From: Kiritimatiellales bacterium
GTDB taxonomy: Bacteria; Verrucomicrobiota; Kiritimatiellia; Kiritimatiellales; Pontiellaceae
Direction of reading: 5' to 3'
DNA: 37,566 bases
NCBI GenBank assembly: GCA_003252225.1
Contig: QKFE01000283.1
Coordinates: 1-37,566, forward strand
Below, in pieces: positions 26,613 to 35,648 of this stretch (the stretch's first letter is position 1; every line of letters starts with the position of its first letter). A model generated the notes under the pieces. It was not told the origin of the DNA. It saw nothing but the letters and a program-made list of their open reading frames with translations, and did no database searches. The position numbers were made by a program, and so were the translations under genes.

Positions 26613-26966
26613 TTATTTTTTGCTCTGGGCTGTTTTTCGGGAGGACGCCATGATGGCGGTTATCTCTTCAGCCTCTTTTTTCAGTGGTTCGACTTTGTCT
26701 TTTGGAAGTAGTTTCCCGTCCATAATAAGCTCCAGCCAGAATTCTGTTTCATCGGATTCTTCGAGAATGATTCCGAGTTTGGAAATAAACTCGGCATTGG
26801 AGCGAGCTCGGCAGGCGGCCCGGTAGTTTGCGCCGACAGATGAACCGGATCGCATAATTTGGTTAGCAATGGTTTTCCCTGCAACAGTGTTTGGCAAAGC
26901 ATCAACCAGCTTCATAATCCGTAGTGCAAAAAGTTTGGTTCGATCCTTTAGTTCATCGCCTTTCAT
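26613..26966 (-). CDS. Four-helix-bundle protein (23S rRNA intervening-sequence protein / Avd-like family)
   Basis: ELKDRTKLFALRIMKLVDALP...IANQIMRSGSSVGANYRAACRARSNAEFISKLGIILEESDETEFWLEL...EAEEITAI; SD AAAGGAG upstream. Confidence 0.95.
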   Translation of the reverse strand: MKGDELKDRTKLFALRIMKLVDALPNTVAGKTIANQIMRSGSSVGANYRAACRARSNAEFISKLGIILEESDETEFWLELIMDGKLLPKDKVEPLKKEAEEITAIMASSRKTAQSKK

Positions 26967-27030
26967 TGAGGTCTCCTTTAATTAAGCTGCAGATTTCAGA
27001 ATGAAGAATTAATAGTCAACAAGTCCTCTG

Positions 27031-27090
27031 AAAGGGGTGCGGGGTATCCCCGCCCGCAATTCTTCATTCTGAATTCTTCATTCTTCATTT
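27031..27090. repeat. Inverted repeat arm B
   Basis: aaaggggtgcggggtatccccgcccgcaattcttcattctgaattcttcattcttcattt. A third partial copy in arm-A orientation lies at 26991-27010. Confidence 0.95.
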
Positions 27091-27091
27091 C

Positions 27092-28081
27092 TTACGGAAC
27101 CTCAACGGTATCCAAAATCCGGCGCAGAATATCTTCGGAGGATTTTTCTTCCGCGGCAGCTTCGTAAGTCAGCAGAACGCGGTGGCGCAGCACGTCGAGG
27201 GCGATGTCTTTGACATCCTGCGGAACGACGTAGCCGCGGCCGTTGAGCATGGCTTTGCCGCGTGCGGCGACGGAGAGGAAAATCGTGGCGCGCGGCGATG
27301 CGCCGTAGCGGATCAGGTTTTCGCAATCGAGGCCGAATTTTCCCGGTTCGCGGGTGGCCTGCACGAGGTCGAGAATATAGAGCTCAATTTTTTCATCCAT
27401 GTAAACTTCATCGACCATGCGGCGCAGCCGGTTGATGTCGTCAATTTCCATAACGGCGTTTACGGTTAAATCGACTTTTGTTTTCCCCATCCGTTTGAGG
27501 ATACGGTGCTCTTCTTCTTTGGAGGGATAAACCACGTCGAGTTTAAACATGAACCGATCCACCTGTGCTTCGGGGAGGTGATAGGTTCCTTCCTGTTCGA
27601 CGGGGTTCTGGGTGGCGAGCACGAGAAACGGTTCGTCGAGTTTATAGGTTTCGTCGCCGATGGAAACCTGATGTTCCTGCATGGCTTCGAGCAGGGCGCT
27701 CTGTACCTTCGCCGGCGAACGGTTGATTTCGTCGGCAAGAATGATGTTGGCGAAGATCGGCCCTTTGTGCGGGGTGAACTCATTGGTTTTGGGGTTGTAC
27801 ATCATCGTTCCGATGAGGTCGCCCGGCAGCAGGTCGGGGGTGAACTGGATTCGGTTAAAGTCCGCGTGCAGGGTCTGCGAAAGGGTGGTTACGGCGAGTG
27901 TTTTGGCCAGCCCGGGAATCCCTTCGATGAGCACATGACCGTTGCAGAGCAGCGCCAGCAGCAGGGCTTCAATTAAATCTTCCTGGCCGATGATGACTTT
28001 GGCGACTTCGTCGCGCACCTGCTGCAGAACAACGCTTTCGGCCTGATAGCGTTCGTTCATTTTCACGATGTCCGGATGCAT
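27092..28081 (-). CDS. moxR: MoxR family AAA+ ATPase
   Basis: GHVLIEGIPGLAKT (Walker A), RIQFTPDLLPGD, LADEINRSPAKVQSALLEAM, ATQNPVEQEGTY.LPEAQ.DRF, GASPRA; start at ATG 28081. Confidence 0.96.
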   Translation of the reverse strand: MHPDIVKMNERYQAESVVLQQVRDEVAKVIIGQEDLIEALLLALLCNGHVLIEGIPGLAKTLAVTTLSQTLHADFNRIQFTPDLLPGDLIGTMMYNPKTNEFTPHKGPIFANIILADEINRSPAKVQSALLEAMQEHQVSIGDETYKLDEPFLVLATQNPVEQEGTYHLPEAQVDRFMFKLDVVYPSKEEEHRILKRMGKTKVDLTVNAVMEIDDINRLRRMVDEVYMDEKIELYILDLVQATREPGKFGLDCENLIRYGASPRATIFLSVAARGKAMLNGRGYVVPQDVKDIALDVLRHRVLLTYEAAAEEKSSEDILRRILDTVEVP

Positions 28082-28097
28082 GGGAAACCTTTCATTA

Positions 28098-28129
28098 AAA
28101 CAACGGGAATATATATAGTCCCGTTGTTT
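28098..28129. promoter_or_regulatory. Near-perfect 32-bp palindrome just upstream of moxR (operator or terminator)
   Basis: aaacaacggga-a-tatatata-g-tcccgttgttt. Confidence 0.55.
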
Positions 28130-28193
28130 CGCCTGTTCAGTAAATAAAACGGACTTTACGCGGAGAAATCCGATGATGAAATAGTTCTTTCGT

Positions 28194-28670
28194 TCAGGCC
28201 GGGACAATCAGAACATTGCAGCGGGCGTGCCGGATGACCGCTTCGGACACACTGCCCTGCAGCGCTTTATGCAGCAGGCCGTGGCCGTGCGATCCGAGGA
28301 TAATCATCTCTGCGTCGAGGTCGCCCGCCTTTTCAATGATGAGTTTTGCCGGGTCGCCTTTCAGCAGAATGGCCTGCGCATCGGTGCCTTTTTCGCGGAG
28401 GCCGGCGGAAATATGGTGCAGTTCGGCGTGTTCGCGTTTGATCTCCTCGGCGCTGATGTCGCGCGCCAGCTGGACATCGCCGGGCATGCTGACATATTCC
28501 GGTGAATAGCCCGTGAACTGGGTGCTTTCAAAAATCATCGCCTGCGCGTCGTCGGAGGTGACGTGCAGAATCCAGAGCTTGGCCTTGAGTTCGCCGGCAA
28601 GGGCGGCGGCCTGTTCGAGCACGGAATCGGTTGTCTTTGAAAAGTCGATGGCGACGAGCAGATTTTTCAT
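28194..28670 (-). CDS. Universal stress protein (UspA family)
   Basis: MKNLLVAIDFS, ILHV, GDPAKLII, IILGSHGHG...GSVSEAVIRHARCNVLIVP. Confidence 0.95.
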   Translation of the reverse strand: MKNLLVAIDFSKTTDSVLEQAAALAGELKAKLWILHVTSDDAQAMIFESTQFTGYSPEYVSMPGDVQLARDISAEEIKREHAELHHISAGLREKGTDAQAILLKGDPAKLIIEKAGDLDAEMIILGSHGHGLLHKALQGSVSEAVIRHARCNVLIVPA

Positions 28671-28801
28671 GGCGGGAACCTCCTGATTTCAACGCTGTTT
28701 TTATAGCGCAGAAAGGGTTTTACAGGAAAGGGATAATGCGGGCTCTTTTATAGGGTATCAACCGATGGACTTTGCGGGGCGCTTCCGATACAAGAGGGGG
28801 C

Positions 28802-29647
28802 ATGAATTCAGTTTTACCTATTTCGTTTGCTTTCGCCCTCTGTTTTTCCGCCGCGGCAAAACCCGGGGAGCCGTATGTTTTGACTGGGAAAGAGAAGTCG
28901 ATTTTCGGCATCTTTCAGGCTGATCTGGAAAAATACCCGGAGTTTTACGAGGGCGTGGATGTCAATGAATACTATTCCGGCTTTAAGGCTGTGAATAACC
29001 TCAACGGACGGAAGCTGAAACGGGGGGAAGAGCTGATGTTTCCCGATACCGCCGTCAGTATAAAAATCCGGGAAGCTGAAGCCGAAAAAGCTGCGGCGGA
29101 AGAAGCAGCGCGGAATCGGGCGGAAACCGCAGAGTCGCCGCCGGATGAAACAAGTTCCGGTGAAACGAATGTTCCTGCGGAAGAGATTGTGATTCCCGAG
29201 GAGGTTCGTAAAAAGAGCGAGCGCAGCAAGGCGGTCTACCGTTTTCAGCACGCGTTTCTGCCGCGATGGGTGCATAGCGGCGGCGACAGTTTTATGCAGG
29301 GTATTGCGGAGGGAAATATCGACCACCTTGTCCGGATGGCGCAGGAAATCGTTGATGAAGCTTTCGCCGAATCGCTCGCGCTGCACGCCTATCCGGAAAA
29401 AAATATTTACGTGATTGAGTTCGAAAAACCCGCAAAGGGATCGGACTGCTTTTTCGCGGCTATCCGGGAGGAGGGCGGCGGAAACCGCAGTCTTTACACG
29501 CTGGAGAAAGGCATCTCTGTTTTCGGTGCCGGTGATCCGAGTGTTTTCTGCGAACGGAAGCCGGACGGAACGCATGTTAGTTTCGGCGGGCGGGATTACA
29601 CGGATCTGAATGGATTCCTGTCCGAAATCGAACAGGGGGCGAAATAG
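28802..29647 (+). CDS. Exported hypothetical protein with a LysM-like N-terminal domain, charged linker and unknown C-terminal domain
   Basis: Signal peptide ending CFSAAA, FKAVNNLNGRKLKRGEELMFP (LysM-like tail), C-terminal YRFQHAFLP...LYTLEKG...FCERKPDGTHVSFG. Confidence 0.75.
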   Translation: MNSVLPISFAFALCFSAAAKPGEPYVLTGKEKSIFGIFQADLEKYPEFYEGVDVNEYYSGFKAVNNLNGRKLKRGEELMFPDTAVSIKIREAEAEKAAAEEAARNRAETAESPPDETSSGETNVPAEEIVIPEEVRKKSERSKAVYRFQHAFLPRWVHSGGDSFMQGIAEGNIDHLVRMAQEIVDEAFAESLALHAYPEKNIYVIEFEKPAKGSDCFFAAIREEGGGNRSLYTLEKGISVFGAGDPSVFCERKPDGTHVSFGGRDYTDLNGFLSEIEQGAK

Positions 29648-29650
29648 CGG

Positions 29651-31645
29651 TTACCCTTCGATGGCGGGGAGCAGGATGGAAACGGCGGTTCCGGCGGTGC
29701 TCGTCTGAATATCCATTTGACCGGAATGCGCAATTACGGTGCGTTTTGCGATCGGCAGCCCGAGCCCGAAACCGCGCGCTTTGGTGGTGCTGAAGGGGGA
29801 GTAGGCTTTTTCGAGCATGTAATCGGCGATGCCGGTGCCGTTATCGGCGATAACGACGCGAATATTTCCCCCGCCGTTTTCAAGGTTCTGCTCTTTCACG
29901 GTGACCGATATTTTCGCGTCGGGTTTATCCCCCAGATTTTCGGCGGCATTCAGCAGCAGCTGATAAAAGCACTCTTCCAGCGGCGCGGCGGCACCTCTGA
30001 TTTTCAACGCGGGGTCATCGGCCAGCAGCTGTAGTTTCAGGTTTTCGCGGTTCCATTCGGTCTGTATCCGTTTGGCGGCTTTCGCAATCGGCGCACGGAT
30101 ATCGAGCGGTTCAAATACCGGTTCCGGCGGATTGGCGAATCCGTTCACCATTTCGATCAGCTGGTTGAGCCGGTTGACTTCGGCGATTACCTGTGTGCTG
30201 AACTGTGAGCGGAAATCGTCGTCGTCGTAACGTTCCGGCAGCAGCTGCGCGAAGGTTTTTATGGCGACGAGCGGGTTGCGGATTTCGTGGCTCAGACTCG
30301 ACGCCATTTCGTGCCAGACTTCGGCGCGTTCCAGTTGCTCTTCTTTATCTTTGAGCAGCTTGGCCGCGGTGACATCGCGCAGCATCAGCATGGCGCCGAC
30401 GCATTCGCCGCCGTCAAAAAGGCGCTGTGTTTTGGCCGAAAGAATCCGGTGTGTGCGGTTATCCATCCATTCAACGGCGTCTCGTTTTTCGTCGCCGTCG
30501 AGGGCGCTTCGTAAAAGTTCGGCGATGGCGGTGCCGAGGATTTCGACGCGGTTGCCGATGATATGTTCCGATGCCGGCTCAACGATCTCTTTTGCGGCGG
30601 TGTTGAAGCACTGAATTTCCGCCGAACCGTCGCAGGCGATCAGACCGGAAGGGATGGCGTGAAGCAGGGTTTCGGCGACCGCTTTTTCGAGGGTTGTTTT
30701 TTCGTAATGGAACGCTGTTTCGAGCGTCGATGAAATATGGTCCGCCAGTCCGGTCAGTTCTTCAAGGTCGCGTATATCGAACGGAATTCCGGTTGCGCGG
30801 GTTCCGACGAAAATCCACCCGATAATATGGCCGGCCGCGTGCAGCGGAATGATGATTTCCGCGCCGAGCGAATCGAGCATCTGCTGCAATAGGGCGCGGT
30901 TCATCGGGTCGGCCATCCGCGGCAGGGTTTGGCGCGAAATCAGGTGCGAGTGCATTTCCAGCCACTGGACGAACGGGGAGGAAAGCGGTATGGCGAGCTC
31001 CTGCACGGCGGCAAGGCAGCGGGCGCCGGCCTGATAAATAAAGGCCGATTCGTTTTCGTCTTTAATGAAAATACCGGCCCGCGAAACCCGGGCGGTTGCA
31101 ATCAGACCTTCGACGATGCTTTCAAACAGATTGCCGAGATTTCCGAAACTGCGCTGTGCCCGGCTGAAGTTCTGCAGTGCAACCGATGAAAATGCGCGCG
31201 ATTCCGTATGCGGTGCAGACGGCGGTGATGCAGGCTGTGCTTTCAGCAAAGTCAGCTCTTCTTCGAGCACGTTGTTTTTCAGCCGGAGTGAATAGCATTC
31301 GGCGGCCTGCCGGATCAGATTTTTCAGCGTATGTTCGTTTGCGCCGATATCGGCTGATCCGAACGCTTCAACCTGTTCCGCTGCGGTCAGTGTTTCTGCT
31401 GTGCCGAGCAGAATCACGACAGATAAAGGGCGCTTTTTACAGACGGCATCCGCCAAAAGAAATCCGTCCGGCGCGCTTAAATCAACCGCCAAAACGGCAT
31501 CGCCGACGCGGGCAAACCAGTTTTCGAGTTCAGCCTGTTTATTCATCACCTGCACCGAAGCACAGGGCGCGGCCGCCTGTGTTATCCGGGCGGCGAGGCC
31601 GTAGTCAACGGTGTAAAGCAGGATGGATGACGGCAGGGTTTTCAT
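29651..31645 (-). CDS. Cytoplasmic histidine kinase: degenerate receiver, GAF, PAS, HisKA, HATPase
   Basis: SLSHEIRNPL, NAAE, DNGTGI, PFSTTKARGFGLGL; GAF-type AEIIIPLHAAGHIIGWIFVG; ATGA overlap with the upstream kinase. Confidence 0.9.
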   Translation of the reverse strand: MKTLPSSILLYTVDYGLAARITQAAAPCASVQVMNKQAELENWFARVGDAVLAVDLSAPDGFLLADAVCKKRPLSVVILLGTAETLTAAEQVEAFGSADIGANEHTLKNLIRQAAECYSLRLKNNVLEEELTLLKAQPASPPSAPHTESRAFSSVALQNFSRAQRSFGNLGNLFESIVEGLIATARVSRAGIFIKDENESAFIYQAGARCLAAVQELAIPLSSPFVQWLEMHSHLISRQTLPRMADPMNRALLQQMLDSLGAEIIIPLHAAGHIIGWIFVGTRATGIPFDIRDLEELTGLADHISSTLETAFHYEKTTLEKAVAETLLHAIPSGLIACDGSAEIQCFNTAAKEIVEPASEHIIGNRVEILGTAIAELLRSALDGDEKRDAVEWMDNRTHRILSAKTQRLFDGGECVGAMLMLRDVTAAKLLKDKEEQLERAEVWHEMASSLSHEIRNPLVAIKTFAQLLPERYDDDDFRSQFSTQVIAEVNRLNQLIEMVNGFANPPEPVFEPLDIRAPIAKAAKRIQTEWNRENLKLQLLADDPALKIRGAAAPLEECFYQLLLNAAENLGDKPDAKISVTVKEQNLENGGGNIRVVIADNGTGIADYMLEKAYSPFSTTKARGFGLGLPIAKRTVIAHSGQMDIQTSTAGTAVSILLPAIEG

Positions 31646-34131
31646 CCGTTTTCAACCTCCGCGAGGGTGGGGAGGTAAACGTAAAATGTTGTTCCGCGTT
31701 CGGGTTCGCTTTCGACTTCGATTGCGCCGTGGTGCTCGGTGATGATGCCGTGCGAAACGGAGAGGCCCATACCGGTGCCAGCGGTTTTCCGGGTGAAAAA
31801 GGGATCGAAAATTTTCGGCTGGTCTTCTTTGGAAATACCGGAGCCGGTGTCGCTGATCTGCAGGCGGATGCAGGGCCGGGGGGCAGGTTCGCCGATGGCG
31901 TCGGACGGGGCGAAAAGATAGTCGCAGTTGGTAGTTCGAACCGAAATGGTGCCGTCGGAATCGATCGCTTCAATCGCGTTTAGGCTGAGGTTGATCAGCG
32001 CCTGGGACAACAGTTTATCGTCGCCGAGAATCGATGCGTTCGCGGCGGTGCAGTTGTTTTCCAGTTTGATGTTTTTCTGCATCATCTGCTTGTTCAACAG
32101 TTTGAGGGTTTTGTGAATAGTATCGTGCAGCTGCATCGGAACCAAGTTCGGTTTTGCGGGTTTCGAGAAGCTTAACAGGTCATTCACAATTCCGTCGATA
32201 CGGGTGACTTCCTGCGCGACGAGGACGGAAAATTCGTTGCGGAAGTCTTCGTCGGAATAACGGTGCGGCAGCAGCTGGGTGAAGGTTTTAATGGTGACGA
32301 GCGGGTTTTTGATTTCGTGGGCCATACCGGCGGCGAGGGTGCCGACGCTCGAAAGCTGGTCGGTACGGCGGAGCTGCTGTTCGAGGTTTTTGGTTTCGGT
32401 GATGTCGGTGACCACGAGCAGCGCGCCCATCGGCTGTTTCTCCAGATCGCTCAGGCTGGCCGTGGCCAGCTGGATGTCGATTACGGTTTCGGTTTCGGCG
32501 TGAATCAGCTCGGCTTCAATATTGCGGACGCCGCGAGCGCGTTCGAGGGTTTTTTCCAGCGCTTCAAAAATCGGGTTCGGCAGCATGTCGATTTTCTGGT
32601 TGAGCACTTTTTTGCCCTGCAAACCGGTGATACGGCGGGCTTCTTTGTTGAACAGGGTGATGGTTCGGTCGGGATTCGCCACGATGACGCCGTTTGCGAG
32701 CTGATCGAGCATGATTTCGTTGCGGATTTTGCTGTTCTGCATTTCGGTGTACATGCGGGCATTTTCGCGGGCGATGGCAAACTGGTTGCAAAGGGTCTGC
32801 AGGGCATCCTGTTCGGTGAGGTTGTAAATCCGCCGCGCCTTTTTATTGCCGAGCAAAAGCACGCCGATGAGTTCGCTTTTGGCAAATGCGCCGACGGCCA
32901 TGGCGGTTTCAAACTTTTCCATCTGCTGGAAAACAATATTGGTTCGGCTGGTTTCGCGGGTGCGCTTGAGGCTGTCGCGGCAGACGGGGCTTTGCCCGGA
33001 AGCGAGGCAGAGGATCAGCGCATTGCCGATTTCGACTTCGAAACCGGTCGAGCCGTGTTCGATGTATCGGTCGCCTTCGAGGCTCAAATAGCGGAGCGTT
33101 GTCGCCCCGGCTTCCCGCTCGACGAGTTCGAGGAACTGGGCGGTTAATGCGTCGATGGTCGGAACGGACTGGATAATTTCGTTGGCCCGTTTGAGGGTTT
33201 CGGGGACGTTCATCGATTTGTCGGAAATGAGTTTGCGCGCGCCGATGTGCAGGTATTTTTTTGCCGGGGGAAAGGCCAACAGGGTCAGCAGCGCGGAAAC
33301 AAACCAGGCGGCTTCGACCGGATTATCGATTACATCGGCGAAAAGATAATTTACGGTGTGCCAGCTGGAAAAAAGAAGCAGGGAGAGGAACGCTGCAAGC
33401 AGGATATTCGCGGTCGATTTCTGGATGATGCTTTCAATGCCGAGCATTCGGCGGGTGGCAATGCCGTACGCGATGGCGAGGTTCATGGGGATGATGCAGA
33501 GCGGGCTGTATTGCTGCGGCTGGTCGCTCCCGGAAATTACGGCGATAATGAAAATCAGGATGGAAACGGGCAGGACGCTGGTCATGCCGATCAGCGTAAA
33601 CTGCATTTCAACCCGGGCCAGTCCTTCGGCTGTTCCGAGTGTCCGGAAAAAAATACGGATGGTGCGGTAAATAATGATCGGGAAAAAGGCGATGAAAAGC
33701 GGAAACGTGGAGCCGAAATGCGCGTCGGTAATCTGCGGGCTGTTCCCCTCCGCCGGAAGCGAAGCGGTTTTAAGAAACAGCGGAGTGGCGCACAGAAGCG
33801 CAACGACGAGGCTGAGGGTCAGCAGCCTGTAATTATTGCGGATAATCTGAATAACCGGCTTCTGCGGATACGCAATGGATTGGCAGAAAAGGTAAAAAAC
33901 AACCGGGACCGCAACACCGGCCGCCGCCGCGCCTTTAATCCCGAGTTCGGCCTGTTCCACGAAATCGGCTTTTAAAATGCCGAACAAAAACAGGATCCAA
34001 ACGGCGATGGCGGCGGAAAAAGCGAGATACAGCTGGTTTTGAGATCGGCGCGGATTGGAAAAAATAACGGAAAGGCCCAGCCCGGCGTTCGTGACCAGCG
34101 TGAAAATAAGAATGGCTTCAGCGAGCAGCAT
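31642..34131 (-). CDS. Membrane histidine kinase (multi-TM HisKA_7TM/PrsK-like N-terminus, GAF, PAS, HisKA, HATPase)
   Basis: Many TM helices, GMAHEIKNPL, LINLSLNAIEA, DTGSGI, FDPFFTRKTAGTGMGL. Confidence 0.92.
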   Translation of the reverse strand: MLLAEAILIFTLVTNAGLGLSVIFSNPRRSQNQLYLAFSAAIAVWILFLFGILKADFVEQAELGIKGAAAAGVAVPVVFYLFCQSIAYPQKPVIQIIRNNYRLLTLSLVVALLCATPLFLKTASLPAEGNSPQITDAHFGSTFPLFIAFFPIIIYRTIRIFFRTLGTAEGLARVEMQFTLIGMTSVLPVSILIFIIAVISGSDQPQQYSPLCIIPMNLAIAYGIATRRMLGIESIIQKSTANILLAAFLSLLLFSSWHTVNYLFADVIDNPVEAAWFVSALLTLLAFPPAKKYLHIGARKLISDKSMNVPETLKRANEIIQSVPTIDALTAQFLELVEREAGATTLRYLSLEGDRYIEHGSTGFEVEIGNALILCLASGQSPVCRDSLKRTRETSRTNIVFQQMEKFETAMAVGAFAKSELIGVLLLGNKKARRIYNLTEQDALQTLCNQFAIARENARMYTEMQNSKIRNEIMLDQLANGVIVANPDRTITLFNKEARRITGLQGKKVLNQKIDMLPNPIFEALEKTLERARGVRNIEAELIHAETETVIDIQLATASLSDLEKQPMGALLVVTDITETKNLEQQLRRTDQLSSVGTLAAGMAHEIKNPLVTIKTFTQLLPHRYSDEDFRNEFSVLVAQEVTRIDGIVNDLLSFSKPAKPNLVPMQLHDTIHKTLKLLNKQMMQKNIKLENNCTAANASILGDDKLLSQALINLSLNAIEAIDSDGTISVRTTNCDYLFAPSDAIGEPAPRPCIRLQISDTGSGISKEDQPKIFDPFFTRKTAGTGMGLSVSHGIITEHHGAIEVESEPERGTTFYVYLPTLAEVENG

Positions 34132-34393
34132 AAAAAACTACGGCTGATCCGTTGAATTAAGCCTGAAATCCGGCCGGATTTTATCGCGGTATTTCCCTCT
34201 CATTTTCCGATGCCCCCTTTATTTAAACCTGTTTTGCATCCCGTTGCGCTGAATCAACACACGTGCGGCACACTAGGCTCAACCCCCCGTTTTTTTCAAG
34301 GGGAAAAGGCGCGGACTGAACCGGTGACTTATGGGATTGCACCGCGCGGGCCGGGTGTGACATATTCCGCTTTATTTGCGGGGGGCAATAAAA

Positions 34394-35578
34394 ATGAGCG
34401 CAGAAAACAGCGGAAAAAAAGGAAAAGTGCTGGTCATTGACGACGAGCGGGGGCCGCGCGAAAGCCTTCGGATGGTGCTGAAATATGACTATGAAATCCT
34501 GCTGGCAGACCGCGTTGATGCCGGTATTTCCCTGCTCCGCGAGAACCATCCCGATCTGGTTATTATGGATATCCGCATGCCCGAAAAGAGTGGGATTGAC
34601 GGATTGCGGGAAATCCGTGAAATCAACCCCAATATTTCCATTATCATGCTGACCGGTTACGGGGATCTGGAAACCGCGCAGCAGGCGATCCGCTTCGGCG
34701 CAAATGACTATCTGCAAAAACCGTTCGATGCCGACGAAATTCAGGCCGTTGTGAAACGCTATGTTGAACGCAGTAAGCTGCAGTCGCGCAAAAAACAGGC
34801 GCAGGAAGAGCTGCAGAAAATGACACAGTCGCTCAGCCGGGAAGTGGGCAAAACCAATAAACTGACCTCGCTCGGCGCCGCCTCTTCGGAACTGGTGCGC
34901 GATCTGCGCAATCCGCTCACCATTATCCGCGGTTATCTCGATCTGCTGAATTATGAGCTGAAAGAAAAGCAGGATGCCGCATCCGGCGAAATGAGCGAAT
35001 ATCTCGACCAGATCGAAAAGAATGTTGAACGCTGTTCGCTGCTGGTTGAATCGTGGCGGACGCTGGGCCGTTTTGATTTTTCGCAGATGCAGCGTATTCC
35101 CCTGCCGAAGCTGATCAACGAGTGTTTTCTGGATGCCGCCGCACACACCGATATTTCCTTTGCGGTTAAGTTGGACGGCGCGGAGGAGCAGTATGAAATG
35201 CTCGGTGAACGCCTGCAGATTAAACGCGCGCTGCAGAACCTGATCGACAATGCCGTGAAGGCGGTTTCGCAGGAGATTGAGCCGAAAATTACGGTCAGTT
35301 TTTTTATGCGTAACGGCGATATTGAAATGAAAATACAGGATAACGGCTGCGGGGTTGACCTACAGAAACTGCGCTGGATTTTCGAGCCGTTCGATCATAC
35401 GGCGACTATTGAAAAGGGCGCCGGGCTCGGTCTGTTCATCACGAAAAAGGTGATTGAAGATCATCGCGGCCGCCTGCGGTTTGAAAGCCGTGTTAATGAG
35501 GGGGCGTCGGCGTCCGTTTTTTTGCCGCAGGCGCACACGGCGTTGGGCTATTTTTCCAGCCCCGAATCCATGATTTGA
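34394..35578 (+). CDS. Receiver-kinase hybrid with the H-box His replaced by Arg (probable pseudokinase)
   Basis: Intact receiver (VIDDE, MDIRMP, LTGY, KPF). The H-box reads ELVRDLRNPL; NLIDNAVKA, DNGCG and GAGLGL are present. Confidence 0.88.
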   Translation: MSAENSGKKGKVLVIDDERGPRESLRMVLKYDYEILLADRVDAGISLLRENHPDLVIMDIRMPEKSGIDGLREIREINPNISIIMLTGYGDLETAQQAIRFGANDYLQKPFDADEIQAVVKRYVERSKLQSRKKQAQEELQKMTQSLSREVGKTNKLTSLGAASSELVRDLRNPLTIIRGYLDLLNYELKEKQDAASGEMSEYLDQIEKNVERCSLLVESWRTLGRFDFSQMQRIPLPKLINECFLDAAAHTDISFAVKLDGAEEQYEMLGERLQIKRALQNLIDNAVKAVSQEIEPKITVSFFMRNGDIEMKIQDNGCGVDLQKLRWIFEPFDHTATIEKGAGLGLFITKKVIEDHRGRLRFESRVNEGASASVFLPQAHTALGYFSSPESMI

Positions 35579-35648
35579 AATGAGTCTGCTCTCGATTCAA
35601 ATCCCACCATATTTGCGACAGATTCTTTTTACCCGAAATTCGAGAATG

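Larger units (their letters stand above)
26551..27091 (-). mobile_element. Putative mobile cassette: four-helix-bundle gene enclosed by ~60-bp heptamer-rich inverted repeats
   Basis: It fills the whole interval between the moxR stop and the DUF58 ATG. IRs 26553-26612 and 27031-27090 match at 57/60, with the inner 43 bp perfect. Confidence 0.7.

Noticed and set aside
26613-26966. Diversity-generating retroelement (Avd-like gene)
   Set aside because: No reverse transcriptase and no TR/VR pair differing at adenines were seen in the window.
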